This document shows positions 55,402-63,641 of a stretch of 63,641 nucleotides of DNA, piece after piece (within the stretch, counting starts at the first letter, position 1; every line of letters begins with the position of its first letter). The notes below the pieces were generated by a model. The model was not told the origin of the DNA. It ran no database searches and saw only the letters and a program-made list of their open reading frames with translations. The DNA is taken from positions 1 through 63,641 of the IMG/VR virus record IMGVR_UViG_3300036830_000465. The stretch is one strand, 5' to 3'. This DNA comes from a virus (Duplodnaviria > Caudoviricetes). The position numbers were made by a program, and so were the translations under genes.

Positions 55402-56189
55402 GCCGCCATCCTCACGCCGCGGGACTCTTCGGTGAGGACAAGATCGGCAACGGTGATCCGGCGGTTAACGACCTCTTCGACCGTCGAGGAACTCAAGGTC
55501 ACCACATAGCCCTTGTACACGGCCGGATCCGGAATCAGGAACAGGTAGATCGCATCACCATTGAGCGAGTCTGTGAAATCGGTTAAGGTCTGCGCCTGCG
55601 CGTCGGTCATTTCCTCGAAGGTGAACACGAACTCGAAATATTTCCGGATCTTGTTGACGCTGCGCGCGCCCAGTTCGCTGCGCTTCGAGTTGTTCTCCTG
55701 CACGTGGCGGCGGCGCCAGTCGTAACTGAAGTTGTTATCCAGCGTGACGGCCAGGCCAATCATCAGACGCCCGATGGAATAGGCGTGCGAGGCAGTAATT
55801 GCGTCGACGATGCCGATGGTCAGGTAGCGATCGGTGCGCGTGGAGGCCGTCCGGAAGTACGCATCGATCTCCCGGTACGTCATCGTGTCGGTGTGGTCGA
55901 TCACGCCGGACGTGGTGCCGCTTTTAATGGTGATGACGACGCTCGGATCGAAATCGTGATTGACGAGCATGATCTGGTTCCACGGTGTCGGCGCGCCCAG
56001 ATCGACGGTAATGAGGTTGTTGTAGCCGCCGGTAACGTTCGTCGTGGTATACCGCTGCGAGATGTCGGTGGTCTGCAGGTTGAGCTGCGAACTGCCCGGC
56101 GCCGCGCTGTAGTTCACGCCCCAATTGGTGGCATTGCTCAGCGGCTGAAACAAATCGTCGGTGGATCGCAGGAAGGTGAAGAAGCTCAT
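55398..56189 (-). CDS. Distal tail protein
   Basis: Follows tape measure; L.NH.F, IGRL.IG. Confidence 0.62.
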   Translation of the reverse strand: MSFFTFLRSTDDLFQPLSNATNWGVNYSAAPGSSQLNLQTTDISQRYTTTNVTGGYNNLITVDLGAPTPWNQIMLVNHDFDPSVVITIKSGTTSGVIDHTDTMTYREIDAYFRTASTRTDRYLTIGIVDAITASHAYSIGRLMIGLAVTLDNNFSYDWRRRHVQENNSKRSELGARSVNKIRKYFEFVFTFEEMTDAQAQTLTDFTDSLNGDAIYLFLIPDPAVYKGYVVTLSSSTVEEVVNRRITVADLVLTEESRGVRMAA

Positions 56190-59100
56190 ACGCGCGCGGC
56201 GCTCCCGGCGCGGTTCACGGCTTCCTTGAGCCTGCCATCGGTTTGCAGTCCGCGGATGATTTCTTCTCTGATCTTTCGGCCGGTATCTGCCGGTGAGTCG
56301 GTTGCCGTTCCGTAAACGTGAATGTCGCCAACGGTGATATTGCTTCGGCCGCTATCTCTCGACGATCCCCGGTTCTGCGCCGCCGTGGTGACCCGCTCCC
56401 CCTGGTGCAGGAAATACGCGCCATCCCAAGGCACCCACGGCGTCCCCATCGCGTATTGGGTCAGCGGCGTGCCGACTTCGGTACCATAGCTGACCGTGCC
56501 GTAACCCGGCGAGTAGGTGTTGACGAGGTTTGTGTTGGAGGTATCCGGCGCGACCGTGCGCACGATGCTGTCAATCCAGTTGAGCCAGTTGTTGACAAAC
56601 GGACTTTCTGTAGCGAAGAACTGATCGCCGACCTGCTTGCGGTCGCTGCTGTTGCCCTCCCAGCGGATAACCGCGCCGGTGACATCGCTCCACGCCTGAT
56701 ACATGGCCTGCTGCGCATTGGTGGCCTCGTAGGGCTGAATGGTTCCGGCATCGACGCCGGTGGTCACGGCATTGATGATTCCGGCGAATTGCTGATCGAA
56801 CGGATTCTGGAAGTTTTTAACCAGATCGTTGGCTTCAAAATGCGCCATGGATTTGATCAGGCCGGTGATACCCAGAACCGAACCGGCAACGGCCAGCGTG
56901 ATCGGATTGGTGGCAAAGGCGCCGATGGAAGCAAGAGTTCCGCCGCCAGCAGTTCCGGCGGTAGCCGCGGCGGCGCTCCCAGCACCAACGACGTTATCGG
57001 CGCTGAATCCGGCCTTCGCCAGGGCCGCGCTGTAACCCCCATCTCCACCCAAAGCGTCGAGGAATCCGGCGGTCAATGATGTCAATTTCTCCCGCAGCGG
57101 TCCCAGCGCCGCATCAATGATGGAATTCAGGGTCTTATTGAAAAACGTCTCGAACTCGTTTTGGATCGGCCCGATGAACCAGCCCGCGATTTTCTCTCCG
57201 GCATCTTTCGCGACATTGCCCATCGTGAGGGCGCCCTGATGAAAGTGATCGAAGAAGGTGTCTGTGATGTTGCCCCACGTCAGGGCCTCGCCGTGCAGCG
57301 TGGCGCTGATGCCTTCGATGCTGGTATTGACCGATGCGACGTGCGCCTCATACTGTTTTTGCGCCGCGTCGAGGGCCGCCGTACGCTTCTTCTCGTCCGA
57401 TTCATACTGCGCCGTGGTGACCTGATCGAGCGAGGCCTGGAAGCCCGCGATGAGTTTGTCCTCACCTACCAGAAAGGCAGCATTGGACGCCGACAGGTTT
57501 TTTGAGGCATCGGCAACAGCCTGCATTCCGCTGGTAATCAATTTGGTTTCGTCGTCGAAGAATTTCTCCAGCGAGGCGGCGCTGGTTTTCGCGAGACCGG
57601 TATTGATCTCGCTGATCATGTGGGACCAATCGTTGATCTGCTTGGTGTTGTTATCGAGGAAGGTCTTAAAATCGAACGAACTCGCCAGTGCCTGAACGCT
57701 GGCATTGACCGTGATTCCGGCCGCATGAAATTTGCTCGCCATGTCGGAGGCCTGCTTGCCCATTTCCGGCAGCAGCTGATTCAGCGTTAGTCCGCGGCCT
57801 TGAAGCAAAAGAATCGCGCCGGCCAGGTCTTTTTCCGCGGCCGTGGTGGGAATGACCGACGCGGTAAGACTGGCGACCGCGTCGGCATGCCTTTTCGCCT
57901 CCTCTTCCGCCTGCTTCAATGCGAGAGTAACTTTATCGATTACCGGCGGAACGATGCCATGGGCCTTTATGAAATCCTGAATTTTTGCGGTGTTGTCGCC
58001 AATGCCATCGGAATTCGTCAGTAGGGCATTGCGCATATCCCACAGGTTTGCGGAGGTCTTTAAGATGGAATTTCCGGCATCGGTCAACGTCTTTCCGAGC
58101 CCGGTCTGACCGAGAGCCGTTGCCAGCGTGCCCGCGCCTTGTCCCAGGGCGCCAAGATAGAAAATCAAATCCGCCGTGACACCCAGAACACCAGCAGCCA
58201 AAACATCCTTGTAATGGAGGGCCGCAGTGGTCAGGCCAACGAACGCGAGAATGGAGAGACTGATCGGGTTCGCATCCATTACGAGATTGAGGGCCACCCA
58301 TGCGGTTTTCAGATTCGCAATTCCAACAATCAAACCGCCAGTCCCTAGCAGAACCGCGCCTACTTCGACCGCCGCTCGCGATATATCCAGAAGGGAGGTC
58401 ACGACGTCCGGGTTTTCCTTCGCCCAGTCTTTTACCTGGACAATGGCGTCGGTCGCCGAAGTGATCCATTTCTCCAGAATCGGATAAGCCTCTTCGCCAA
58501 TCGCATGCGACAGGCCCGTAAAACTGAGATGTAAATTGTCGAGCGTGTCTTCGAACTGATTGGCCTTGTCTGCGGCTTCCTTGTCGAAAACAATTCCCAG
58601 CCGGTGCGCCTGATCCGCGAGTTCGGAAATGCCGTCACGCCCGAGATTCAATACGGGAATCATGGCCAACCCGCCGCGGCCAAAGAGTTCGACGGCAAGT
58701 GCGGATTTTTCCGCACCGTCCGCCATGTGAGAAAACTTATCGGCGACGTCCAGAAGAACATCCTGCGTGGGGCGCAGCTGGCCGTTAGCAGAGGTGGCGC
58801 TGATGCCGAGTTTCAGGAACGTATCAGCGGCCGCGCCTCCCTTCGTCTGGGCGTCTTCCATGTGCGTCGCGAGAATCCGCAGCCCGGAGGTCATGGCATC
58901 AAGGGAAGTGCCTTGCTGGCTGGCAACGTAGCCCCACTCGGAAAGCGCAGTCGCGGAAAGACCGGTGCTCTGGTAAAGCGTGTAAATCTGAGACCCGGCC
59001 TTTGATGTCGAGTCCGCCATTTCAAGGAGCGTCCCAATGATCGTCACGCCAGCCCCGGCAATGGCGGCCCCGGACAAAGCGAATGTCGAGCCGACCTGTG

Positions 59101-59254
59101 TCCAACTGACTTCCATCTCCTTTGCCGCGTCGCCAGACTTTTCGCCTAAGTCCTCCGCAGCGTCAGAAGTGCGCTCAATGCCCTGCGCAATCTTCTCGAA
59201 TGTCGAGATGACGCCTTCTTCGTTGATCTTGGTGATGAATTGGATGGTTGGCAA
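56186..59254 (-). CDS. Tape measure protein
   Basis: 1022 aa Ala-rich helical; A.ELFGRGG..M.P.L; YAMGT.WVP.DG..FLHQGERV. Confidence 0.9.
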   Translation of the reverse strand: MPTIQFITKINEEGVISTFEKIAQGIERTSDAAEDLGEKSGDAAKEMEVSWTQVGSTFALSGAAIAGAGVTIIGTLLEMADSTSKAGSQIYTLYQSTGLSATALSEWGYVASQQGTSLDAMTSGLRILATHMEDAQTKGGAAADTFLKLGISATSANGQLRPTQDVLLDVADKFSHMADGAEKSALAVELFGRGGLAMIPVLNLGRDGISELADQAHRLGIVFDKEAADKANQFEDTLDNLHLSFTGLSHAIGEEAYPILEKWITSATDAIVQVKDWAKENPDVVTSLLDISRAAVEVGAVLLGTGGLIVGIANLKTAWVALNLVMDANPISLSILAFVGLTTAALHYKDVLAAGVLGVTADLIFYLGALGQGAGTLATALGQTGLGKTLTDAGNSILKTSANLWDMRNALLTNSDGIGDNTAKIQDFIKAHGIVPPVIDKVTLALKQAEEEAKRHADAVASLTASVIPTTAAEKDLAGAILLLQGRGLTLNQLLPEMGKQASDMASKFHAAGITVNASVQALASSFDFKTFLDNNTKQINDWSHMISEINTGLAKTSAASLEKFFDDETKLITSGMQAVADASKNLSASNAAFLVGEDKLIAGFQASLDQVTTAQYESDEKKRTAALDAAQKQYEAHVASVNTSIEGISATLHGEALTWGNITDTFFDHFHQGALTMGNVAKDAGEKIAGWFIGPIQNEFETFFNKTLNSIIDAALGPLREKLTSLTAGFLDALGGDGGYSAALAKAGFSADNVVGAGSAAAATAGTAGGGTLASIGAFATNPITLAVAGSVLGITGLIKSMAHFEANDLVKNFQNPFDQQFAGIINAVTTGVDAGTIQPYEATNAQQAMYQAWSDVTGAVIRWEGNSSDRKQVGDQFFATESPFVNNWLNWIDSIVRTVAPDTSNTNLVNTYSPGYGTVSYGTEVGTPLTQYAMGTPWVPWDGAYFLHQGERVTTAAQNRGSSRDSGRSNITVGDIHVYGTATDSPADTGRKIREEIIRGLQTDGRLKEAVNRAGSAARV

Positions 59255-59692
59255 TTATGCGCCCCTCGACTGCCGTTCCCACTCCCAGGCAAATGCGCTG
59301 AGATGTTGAAATTCGGTTTCCCGTAAATCCGAAATCGTGAGAAGTCCAAGTCGAGCGGCGTGATAGAAACGCTGAGCGAGGTCGATGTCCGGCCAGTATA
59401 GTTCGATTAACTTTTCGTCGTCCTGTTTTTCTTCCGTCTTCTCCTTGCCCCGGGGGTTATCCGGGCATCCGTAACAGGCGTGCGGCGACATGCTGAGTTT
59501 GCCGCATTCCAGCTTTGGTTTCAGATTGAAGAGCCATTCCGCGGCCGCCTGCTTGTCGCTGTCGCTGGCATCGGGCTTCGGCAGTTTCGGAAAGATGTCT
59601 CTCCATTGTGGCTCCCATTGGCATGTTCCCGAAGATCCCCGCAGGTGCGCGGCAACCGCAGTGCGGAATTCTTCGAGAGCTACACGTTTTTT
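59255..59692 (-). CDS. Tail chaperone GT extension reached by -1 frameshift
   Basis: A_AAA_AAC at 59692-59686; -1 frame open into the 59255-59491 ORF. Confidence 0.8.
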   Translation of the reverse strand, partial: KKRVALEEFRTAVAAHLRGSSGTCQWEPQWRDIFPKLPKPDASDSDKQAAAEWLFNLKPKLECGKLSMSPHACYGCPDNPRGKEKTEEKQDDEKLIELYWPDIDLAQRFYHAARLGLLTISDLRETEFQHLSAFAWEWERQSRGA

Positions 59693-60453
59693 CTCTGCGC
59701 CTCCTGAAACAACTGTTCAATCGCGTTGATCTTCCATTGAAAGGGAAGTGTGCGAACGACGTCGGCGCGATCGCCGATAACACCATCCACATGGTGAATC
59801 ATGGCGTCGTAGAGCTTTCCCAGTTCTTTGTAATTGACCACCACCTTGCGCGCGCCACCGTCGAGCGTGCGGAACTTCTGCGAACGCTGATACGTGGTGG
59901 CCTGTTGCGCGGTCGGCAATTCGAAGTGATGCACGAGGCATAATTCCTGCTCGACGTTGTTATCGTCGGCCAGCAACATGCGCTGCTCGACGCTGGGCAG
60001 ATCCTCCAGCAACTCATCGAGTGTCGGCGCCGCGCGTTCTGCCGCCTTCGGCGTTCCGACCGTCAGTAGACCCTGAAGCACGGTATGCAGCCTTAGATTG
60101 TTGATGCGGTCCAGCCGGTCGAATTGTTCGGGCGAGAGTTCGGTTCCCTGATAGGCCACGGCAATCCGGTGATCATCGAAGAAGCGAGCGATCGCGTCGA
60201 TCGAGCCAGGCTCGTGATCGGTGCCGCCGTCTTTGTCCGGAGAAGCGACGGAATACCCGTTGCGTTCGCGCAAGATGGCCATGGTGCGCTCGGCAGTGGC
60301 GGGCTTCAGGTGACAGAAGAATTCCAGTTTTTGGCCGGCGCGTTTGATCGTCAGGGCGACACAGAGACGCTCGCCGGAAAGATCGTATTGGGGAATCGGT
60401 GACTGACTGAGGTCGGTGGAATTGAGGAGGACGAGGACATTCTTACCTTGCAT
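59680..60453 (-). CDS. Tail assembly chaperone G
   Basis: Upstream of TMP; ends ..RKNV* at the slippery site. Confidence 0.75.
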   Translation of the reverse strand: MQGKNVLVLLNSTDLSQSPIPQYDLSGERLCVALTIKRAGQKLEFFCHLKPATAERTMAILRERNGYSVASPDKDGGTDHEPGSIDAIARFFDDHRIAVAYQGTELSPEQFDRLDRINNLRLHTVLQGLLTVGTPKAAERAAPTLDELLEDLPSVEQRMLLADDNNVEQELCLVHHFELPTAQQATTYQRSQKFRTLDGGARKVVVNYKELGKLYDAMIHHVDGVIGDRADVVRTLPFQWKINAIEQLFQEAQRKNV

Positions 60454-60516
60454 TGTCTTGATCTCCGTCCCGGCTCAGCTGGAGATACGCGACAATGCCG
60501 GGTTGAAAAATGTTAG

Positions 60517-60810
60517 TTACAGTGGGCGATCCGGACAGCCGGTGCACCCGTCGGGATTCAGCGCAATCAAAGAACACGCTGGCTTCAACGCGGCTATCTT
60601 CTCAGAATTACCCGCCGCCCGCAATACCAACTCGAATCGATGACGTTCCGGACACTGACTGTCGGCCAGAAGCCTGAAGTCGAACACTTTCAGGTGGAGC
60701 GCCCTTCTCTTGCCATCGTACTCGATCGATGCGGAATCCACTTCAATGCGGTGGCCGTTATATTCGATCTCGATCGCATGGCGATTCTTGTCCAGTCTGG
60801 CGGTGATCAT
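60517..60810 (-). CDS. Hypothetical protein (left flank of cassette)
   Basis: ATGA-coupled to the HTH gene. Confidence 0.6.
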   Translation of the reverse strand: MITARLDKNRHAIEIEYNGHRIEVDSASIEYDGKRRALHLKVFDFRLLADSQCPERHRFELVLRAAGNSEKIAALKPACSLIALNPDGCTGCPDRPL

Positions 60811-61070
60811 TTTCTCAATCGTACGCCAGGACCGCCGCCATTCTTCTCAATAAAAATCACTCCAGCTTTTGTGAGCGCCGCACAGATCCGCTCCATTGTG
60901 CCGGATCGCTGGTTTGCCCCTGCGGCTTCAATCATGACGAGAGTTCGCAGTGATACCCCGCACTCTTCCGCCAGTCTATCGCGCGACCAATTCAGAAGTG
61001 CACGCGCCGCCCTGATCTGAGAGGCCGTAATTTCAGTTGCATGTTTTGTGCAATATTCTCTTGACTGCAT
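60807..61070 (-). CDS. XRE HTH regulator of the inverted cassette
   Basis: QIRAARALLNWS...LA...GVS..T...E...GV.FI..NGGGPGVRL; start uncertain. Confidence 0.85.
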   Translation of the reverse strand: MQSREYCTKHATEITASQIRAARALLNWSRDRLAEECGVSLRTLVMIEAAGANQRSGTMERICAALTKAGVIFIEKNGGGPGVRLRK

Positions 61071-61097
61071 CGCGTGCAGTATTGCACGATTCGTGCA
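61037..61097. promoter_or_regulatory. Three TGCA-bounded palindromes (operators) overlapping a TTGACT -35 element
   Basis: TTGCA-N7-TGCAA 61037-53; ACTGCA-N5-TGCAGT 61064-80; TGCACGA-T-TCGTGCA 61083-97. Confidence 0.65.
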
Positions 61098-61135
61098 TCT
61101 GTCAAACGACAGAAAAACACACCAAGGAGAATGCA

Positions 61136-61798
61136 ATGGCAACTACGAAGACCTCGGAAACAAAGTCGGTGGCAATTCCAGCGCCGAGATTCGGAAGGGC
61201 TGAATTCCTGATTGAGGGCACCGCCCCGCTCGTCATCCATCGGTTTTCAGCGAAGACAAAAGAGCAGATGAAACAAAAGATGGAGACCGGCAAGGCCGCC
61301 GGGAGCCGCAAAAACCGTGAGGCCAAACAGACCGATGATCTTTACAAAGAAGCGCGCTATATCAGCAAGGAAGGCTGGGACGGGTTTCACGCCGGAGCCG
61401 TGCGCAACGCTCTCATTTCAGCGTGCCGCCTTGTCGGCTTCAAAATGACGCTCGCTAAACTCTCGCTATTCGTCGAGGCCGATGGGCGCGATGCGGAAGA
61501 GCCCCAGATTCCACTCGTTCGAATCATCGGAAAATGCGTCAAGCAGGAAGATATGGCCAGGGTCGAAACCGGACAGCCTTACGTCACAGTTCGGGCGGCG
61601 TTCCATGAATGGAAGGCTAAGATCCGGCTGCGCTGGGACGAGGATCAGTTCACACTACAAGACGTTACCAATCTTCTCTCGCGAGTTGGAATGCAGGTCG
61701 GCCTGTGTGAGGGGCGCCCCGATTCTCCGAATTCTGCAGGAATGGGATGGGGCTTGTTTGAGATTTCCAAAACCGAACCAAGAAAGGCGACAGCGTGA
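61136..61798 (+). CDS. RAMP/Cas7-like protein (putative RNA-guided effector)
   Basis: IEGTAPLVIH first strand, A.AVRNAL..A helix, C-terminal Gly-rich loop VGLCEGRP....GMGWGLF; AAGGAG RBS. Confidence 0.6.
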   Translation: MATTKTSETKSVAIPAPRFGRAEFLIEGTAPLVIHRFSAKTKEQMKQKMETGKAAGSRKNREAKQTDDLYKEARYISKEGWDGFHAGAVRNALISACRLVGFKMTLAKLSLFVEADGRDAEEPQIPLVRIIGKCVKQEDMARVETGQPYVTVRAAFHEWKAKIRLRWDEDQFTLQDVTNLLSRVGMQVGLCEGRPDSPNSAGMGWGLFEISKTEPRKATA

Positions 61799-62235
61799 CA
61801 AATCAGAAAATCATTTCGGAGCTTCGGCGCATCGCGAAAAAGCACGATGGCCTATTGAATCCATCGGACGTTGTCGAAGAGGCTCGCTCGAAATCTTCGC
61901 CGCTGCATGGAAAGTTCGAGTGGGACGATTCCGCGGCTGCGGAGCGTTACCGGCTCTGGCAGGCCCGTCAGCTTATCTCGGTTACCGTCGAATATGTCGG
62001 CGGCAATAAGGACGGCGTTCTTTCCAGAGTATTCGTAAGCCTCAGTTCGGACCGCAAAGAAGAGGGTGGCTACCGGACGATTGAAGCTGTCATGTCGAGG
62101 CAGGGAAGCCGCGAACGATTGCTTCAGGATGCGCTGGACGATATGCAGACATTCAGGGATCGTTATTCGGCGCTCAAGGAATTGGCCGGCGTCTTTGCGG
62201 CGATGCGCAAAGTCAGGGGCAAAGCAGCGGCATAG
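61795..62235 (+). CDS. Conserved partner protein of the RAMP-like gene
   Basis: GTGA-coupled; L.P..VV..AR...SPLH..FEWDD..AA..YRL.QAR.LI. Confidence 0.75.
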   Translation: MTNQKIISELRRIAKKHDGLLNPSDVVEEARSKSSPLHGKFEWDDSAAAERYRLWQARQLISVTVEYVGGNKDGVLSRVFVSLSSDRKEEGGYRTIEAVMSRQGSRERLLQDALDDMQTFRDRYSALKELAGVFAAMRKVRGKAAA

Positions 62236-62244
62236 AGACTCTTT

Positions 62245-62570
62245 GGCGTGGATGGGCAGGTGGGGTCGTGCACGAAATGGCCTGTGGCGGCTGGGAGAGC
62301 TAAGGATGGGAATGGCTCTGCAGGTTAGGCGAGTCGGGTCAATGTCGGGACGGGAGTGTTCTGGTGTGGATTGTTAAGGCGCGGCAGGTCAGGTCAGGAA
62401 TGTTCAGGTGCGGCCGGGGTAGGCTGGTGAGGCCTGGGGTGGCAGGACAGGCGAGGTACGGATTGGACTGGATGGCCCAGGAGTGGAAAGTTTCTGTAGG
62501 GCAGGCAAGGTGCGGTATGGAAAGTCGGGGCGGGAAGCGTCGCGGGTAGGTAAGACGCGGCAGGCAAGTC
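62245..62570 (+). repeat. 5-nt periodic GGNNN array in GGCA-delimited units (putative guide ncRNA)
   Basis: (G/T)GCAGG at 62255, 62319, 62383, 62441, 62500, 62559; 39 of 56 pentamers start with GG and 53 of 56 with G. Confidence 0.85.
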
Positions 62571-63404
62571 TTAGCTTCCGAGAATGGGGACTGGATCAAG
62601 CACCAGCTCCCCCATTCTGTCCTCGCGAAAATAGAAGTAACGCTCGAACCAATCGCGCAAGGCGGGCTCACCGCCGCGTTCGTAGGCCGCATAGTAGCTT
62701 CGCCAGTGCGCCCCCTCGTGTTCTGGAAGATTCGCCACCCGGTAAGCCAATCCGCCGTTGATCGATTTTTTTATGAAATGCTCGGCGCTTCTGTAGGGAA
62801 AGTGTGCGATGCGCAGCGCCGTCGTTTTCTTCGTTTGAAGAAGGCTCCCATCCGCATTCAGCGCGCTGTGATTGCCTTGCTGGACGGTCATCCCTGGGCT
62901 TGCGCGGAATATAACTTTCGGTAACACGTTCGGCGGCTTGTGCCGATGCTGGATGCGGAGGAAGGGATTCGCGTTCTCCTTGTCCATGTGACAAGGAAAG
63001 TAGTTGGCCATCGGAATTTCGAAACCGCGAACGTCGTCTTCCATTTCGAAGGACCGGAGATAGTCGCTGAAGGTTTCGCCGGTGTTGCAGATTAATAACT
63101 CGTCGGCATCGAATGGCACCAGCCAGGGGCGCTCGACGCCGGATAACTCGATTGCCCTGCCCACGAGAGATGTCATCTTCTGGCTCTGGTAGTAGCCCCG
63201 CTCCGGATCGTCGATAAGAATGATTGGGATGCCCGCCGATTTCTGAATGGTGGAAATCTGATAGCGCGTGCTGTCGGATGAGGCATTATCCGCAATGATG
63301 ATGCCGTCCACGCCGGAGGCGATGAGATGGAGTAGGGTGAAGGAAATGATGTCGGCTTCGTCCTTTACCATTCCAACAGCCCAGACCTGCGGAGCCTTGC
63401 TCAC
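62571..63404 (-). CDS. GT2-like glycosyltransferase (right flank of cassette)
   Basis: MVKDEADII, IADN.SSDST, WLVPFDADE, HFPYRS. Confidence 0.88.
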   Translation of the reverse strand: MSKAPQVWAVGMVKDEADIISFTLLHLIASGVDGIIIADNASSDSTRYQISTIQKSAGIPIILIDDPERGYYQSQKMTSLVGRAIELSGVERPWLVPFDADELLICNTGETFSDYLRSFEMEDDVRGFEIPMANYFPCHMDKENANPFLRIQHRHKPPNVLPKVIFRASPGMTVQQGNHSALNADGSLLQTKKTTALRIAHFPYRSAEHFIKKSINGGLAYRVANLPEHEGAHWRSYYAAYERGGEPALRDWFERYFYFREDRMGELVLDPVPILGS

Positions 63405-63640
63405 TGCGCGAATGCCGAGCGCTCGGCCAGCATCAGTCTTTCAACCGTGGCATCGTGAAGAAGTCGCGCCCCATCGAGAGTTATCGAGCACTCGTAGCTT
63501 TGCTGAAATCCGGAGCTGTCCTTAATCTCGACCGCCCATGCGCCATGCAGCTGGTGATACCACGTCTCGACTTTCTGGCCATTATCGAGCGTCGTGATTC
63601 GTGATCCGTCCGGCCACTGCCTCTCGTTGACGATTGTCAT
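63401..63640 (-). CDS. Hypothetical protein
   Basis: Its RBS (GGAG) lies across the circular junction near positions 16-19. Confidence 0.6.
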   Translation of the reverse strand: MTIVNERQWPDGSRITTLDNGQKVETWYHQLHGAWAVEIKDSSGFQQSYECSITLDGARLLHDATVERLMLAERSAFAQ

Positions 63641-63641
63641 T

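Larger units (their letters stand above)
1..63641. mobile_element. Complete temperate tailed phage (siphovirus-like), circular/excised form
   Basis: Full set of packaging, head, tail, lysis, integration, immunity and replication modules; no sheath gene seen; TGTCATT at 1-7 and 63635-63641; intact attP. Confidence 0.92.

Noticed and set aside
62066-62761. Short Arg/Gly/Trp-rich ORFs over the array, or a canonical CRISPR array
   Set aside because: The ORFs are by-products of the 5-nt periodicity; there are no 25-45 nt identical repeats with separate spacers

Overview
The window looks like one complete, circularly permuted ~63.6 kb temperate siphovirus genome in its excised form: a 7-nt terminal repeat joins the ends mid-operon and attP is intact between integrase and excisionase. 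The minus strand carries replication (initiator, loader, RusA), packaging and head genes (TerS, TerL, portal, MuF with an intein, protease/scaffold, capsid), neck, tail tube, a ~14.6 kb glycosyltransferase/methyltransferase/Ser-rich-fibre block, tail chaperones with a -1 frameshift, tape measure, tail tip and lysis genes. The plus strand carries the integrase, a Cro-led early operon (RecB-like nuclease, RecT, ATPase, ThyX, helicase, HNHs, DUF5131) and an inverted cassette at 60.8-62.6 kb. That cassette is the top candidate system: an HTH regulator, a RAMP/Cas7-like gene, a partner gene and a 5-nt-periodic GGNNN array. Read as codon positions 1-2, the array's variable dinucleotides spell near-copies of peptides in the two genes flanking the cassette. 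Other highlights are an intein whose endonuclease is encoded on the opposite strand, a probable portal-MuF frameshift fusion at an A9 run, and a large virion-glycosylation locus. All calls come from motif recognition and manual reading; no database searches were run.
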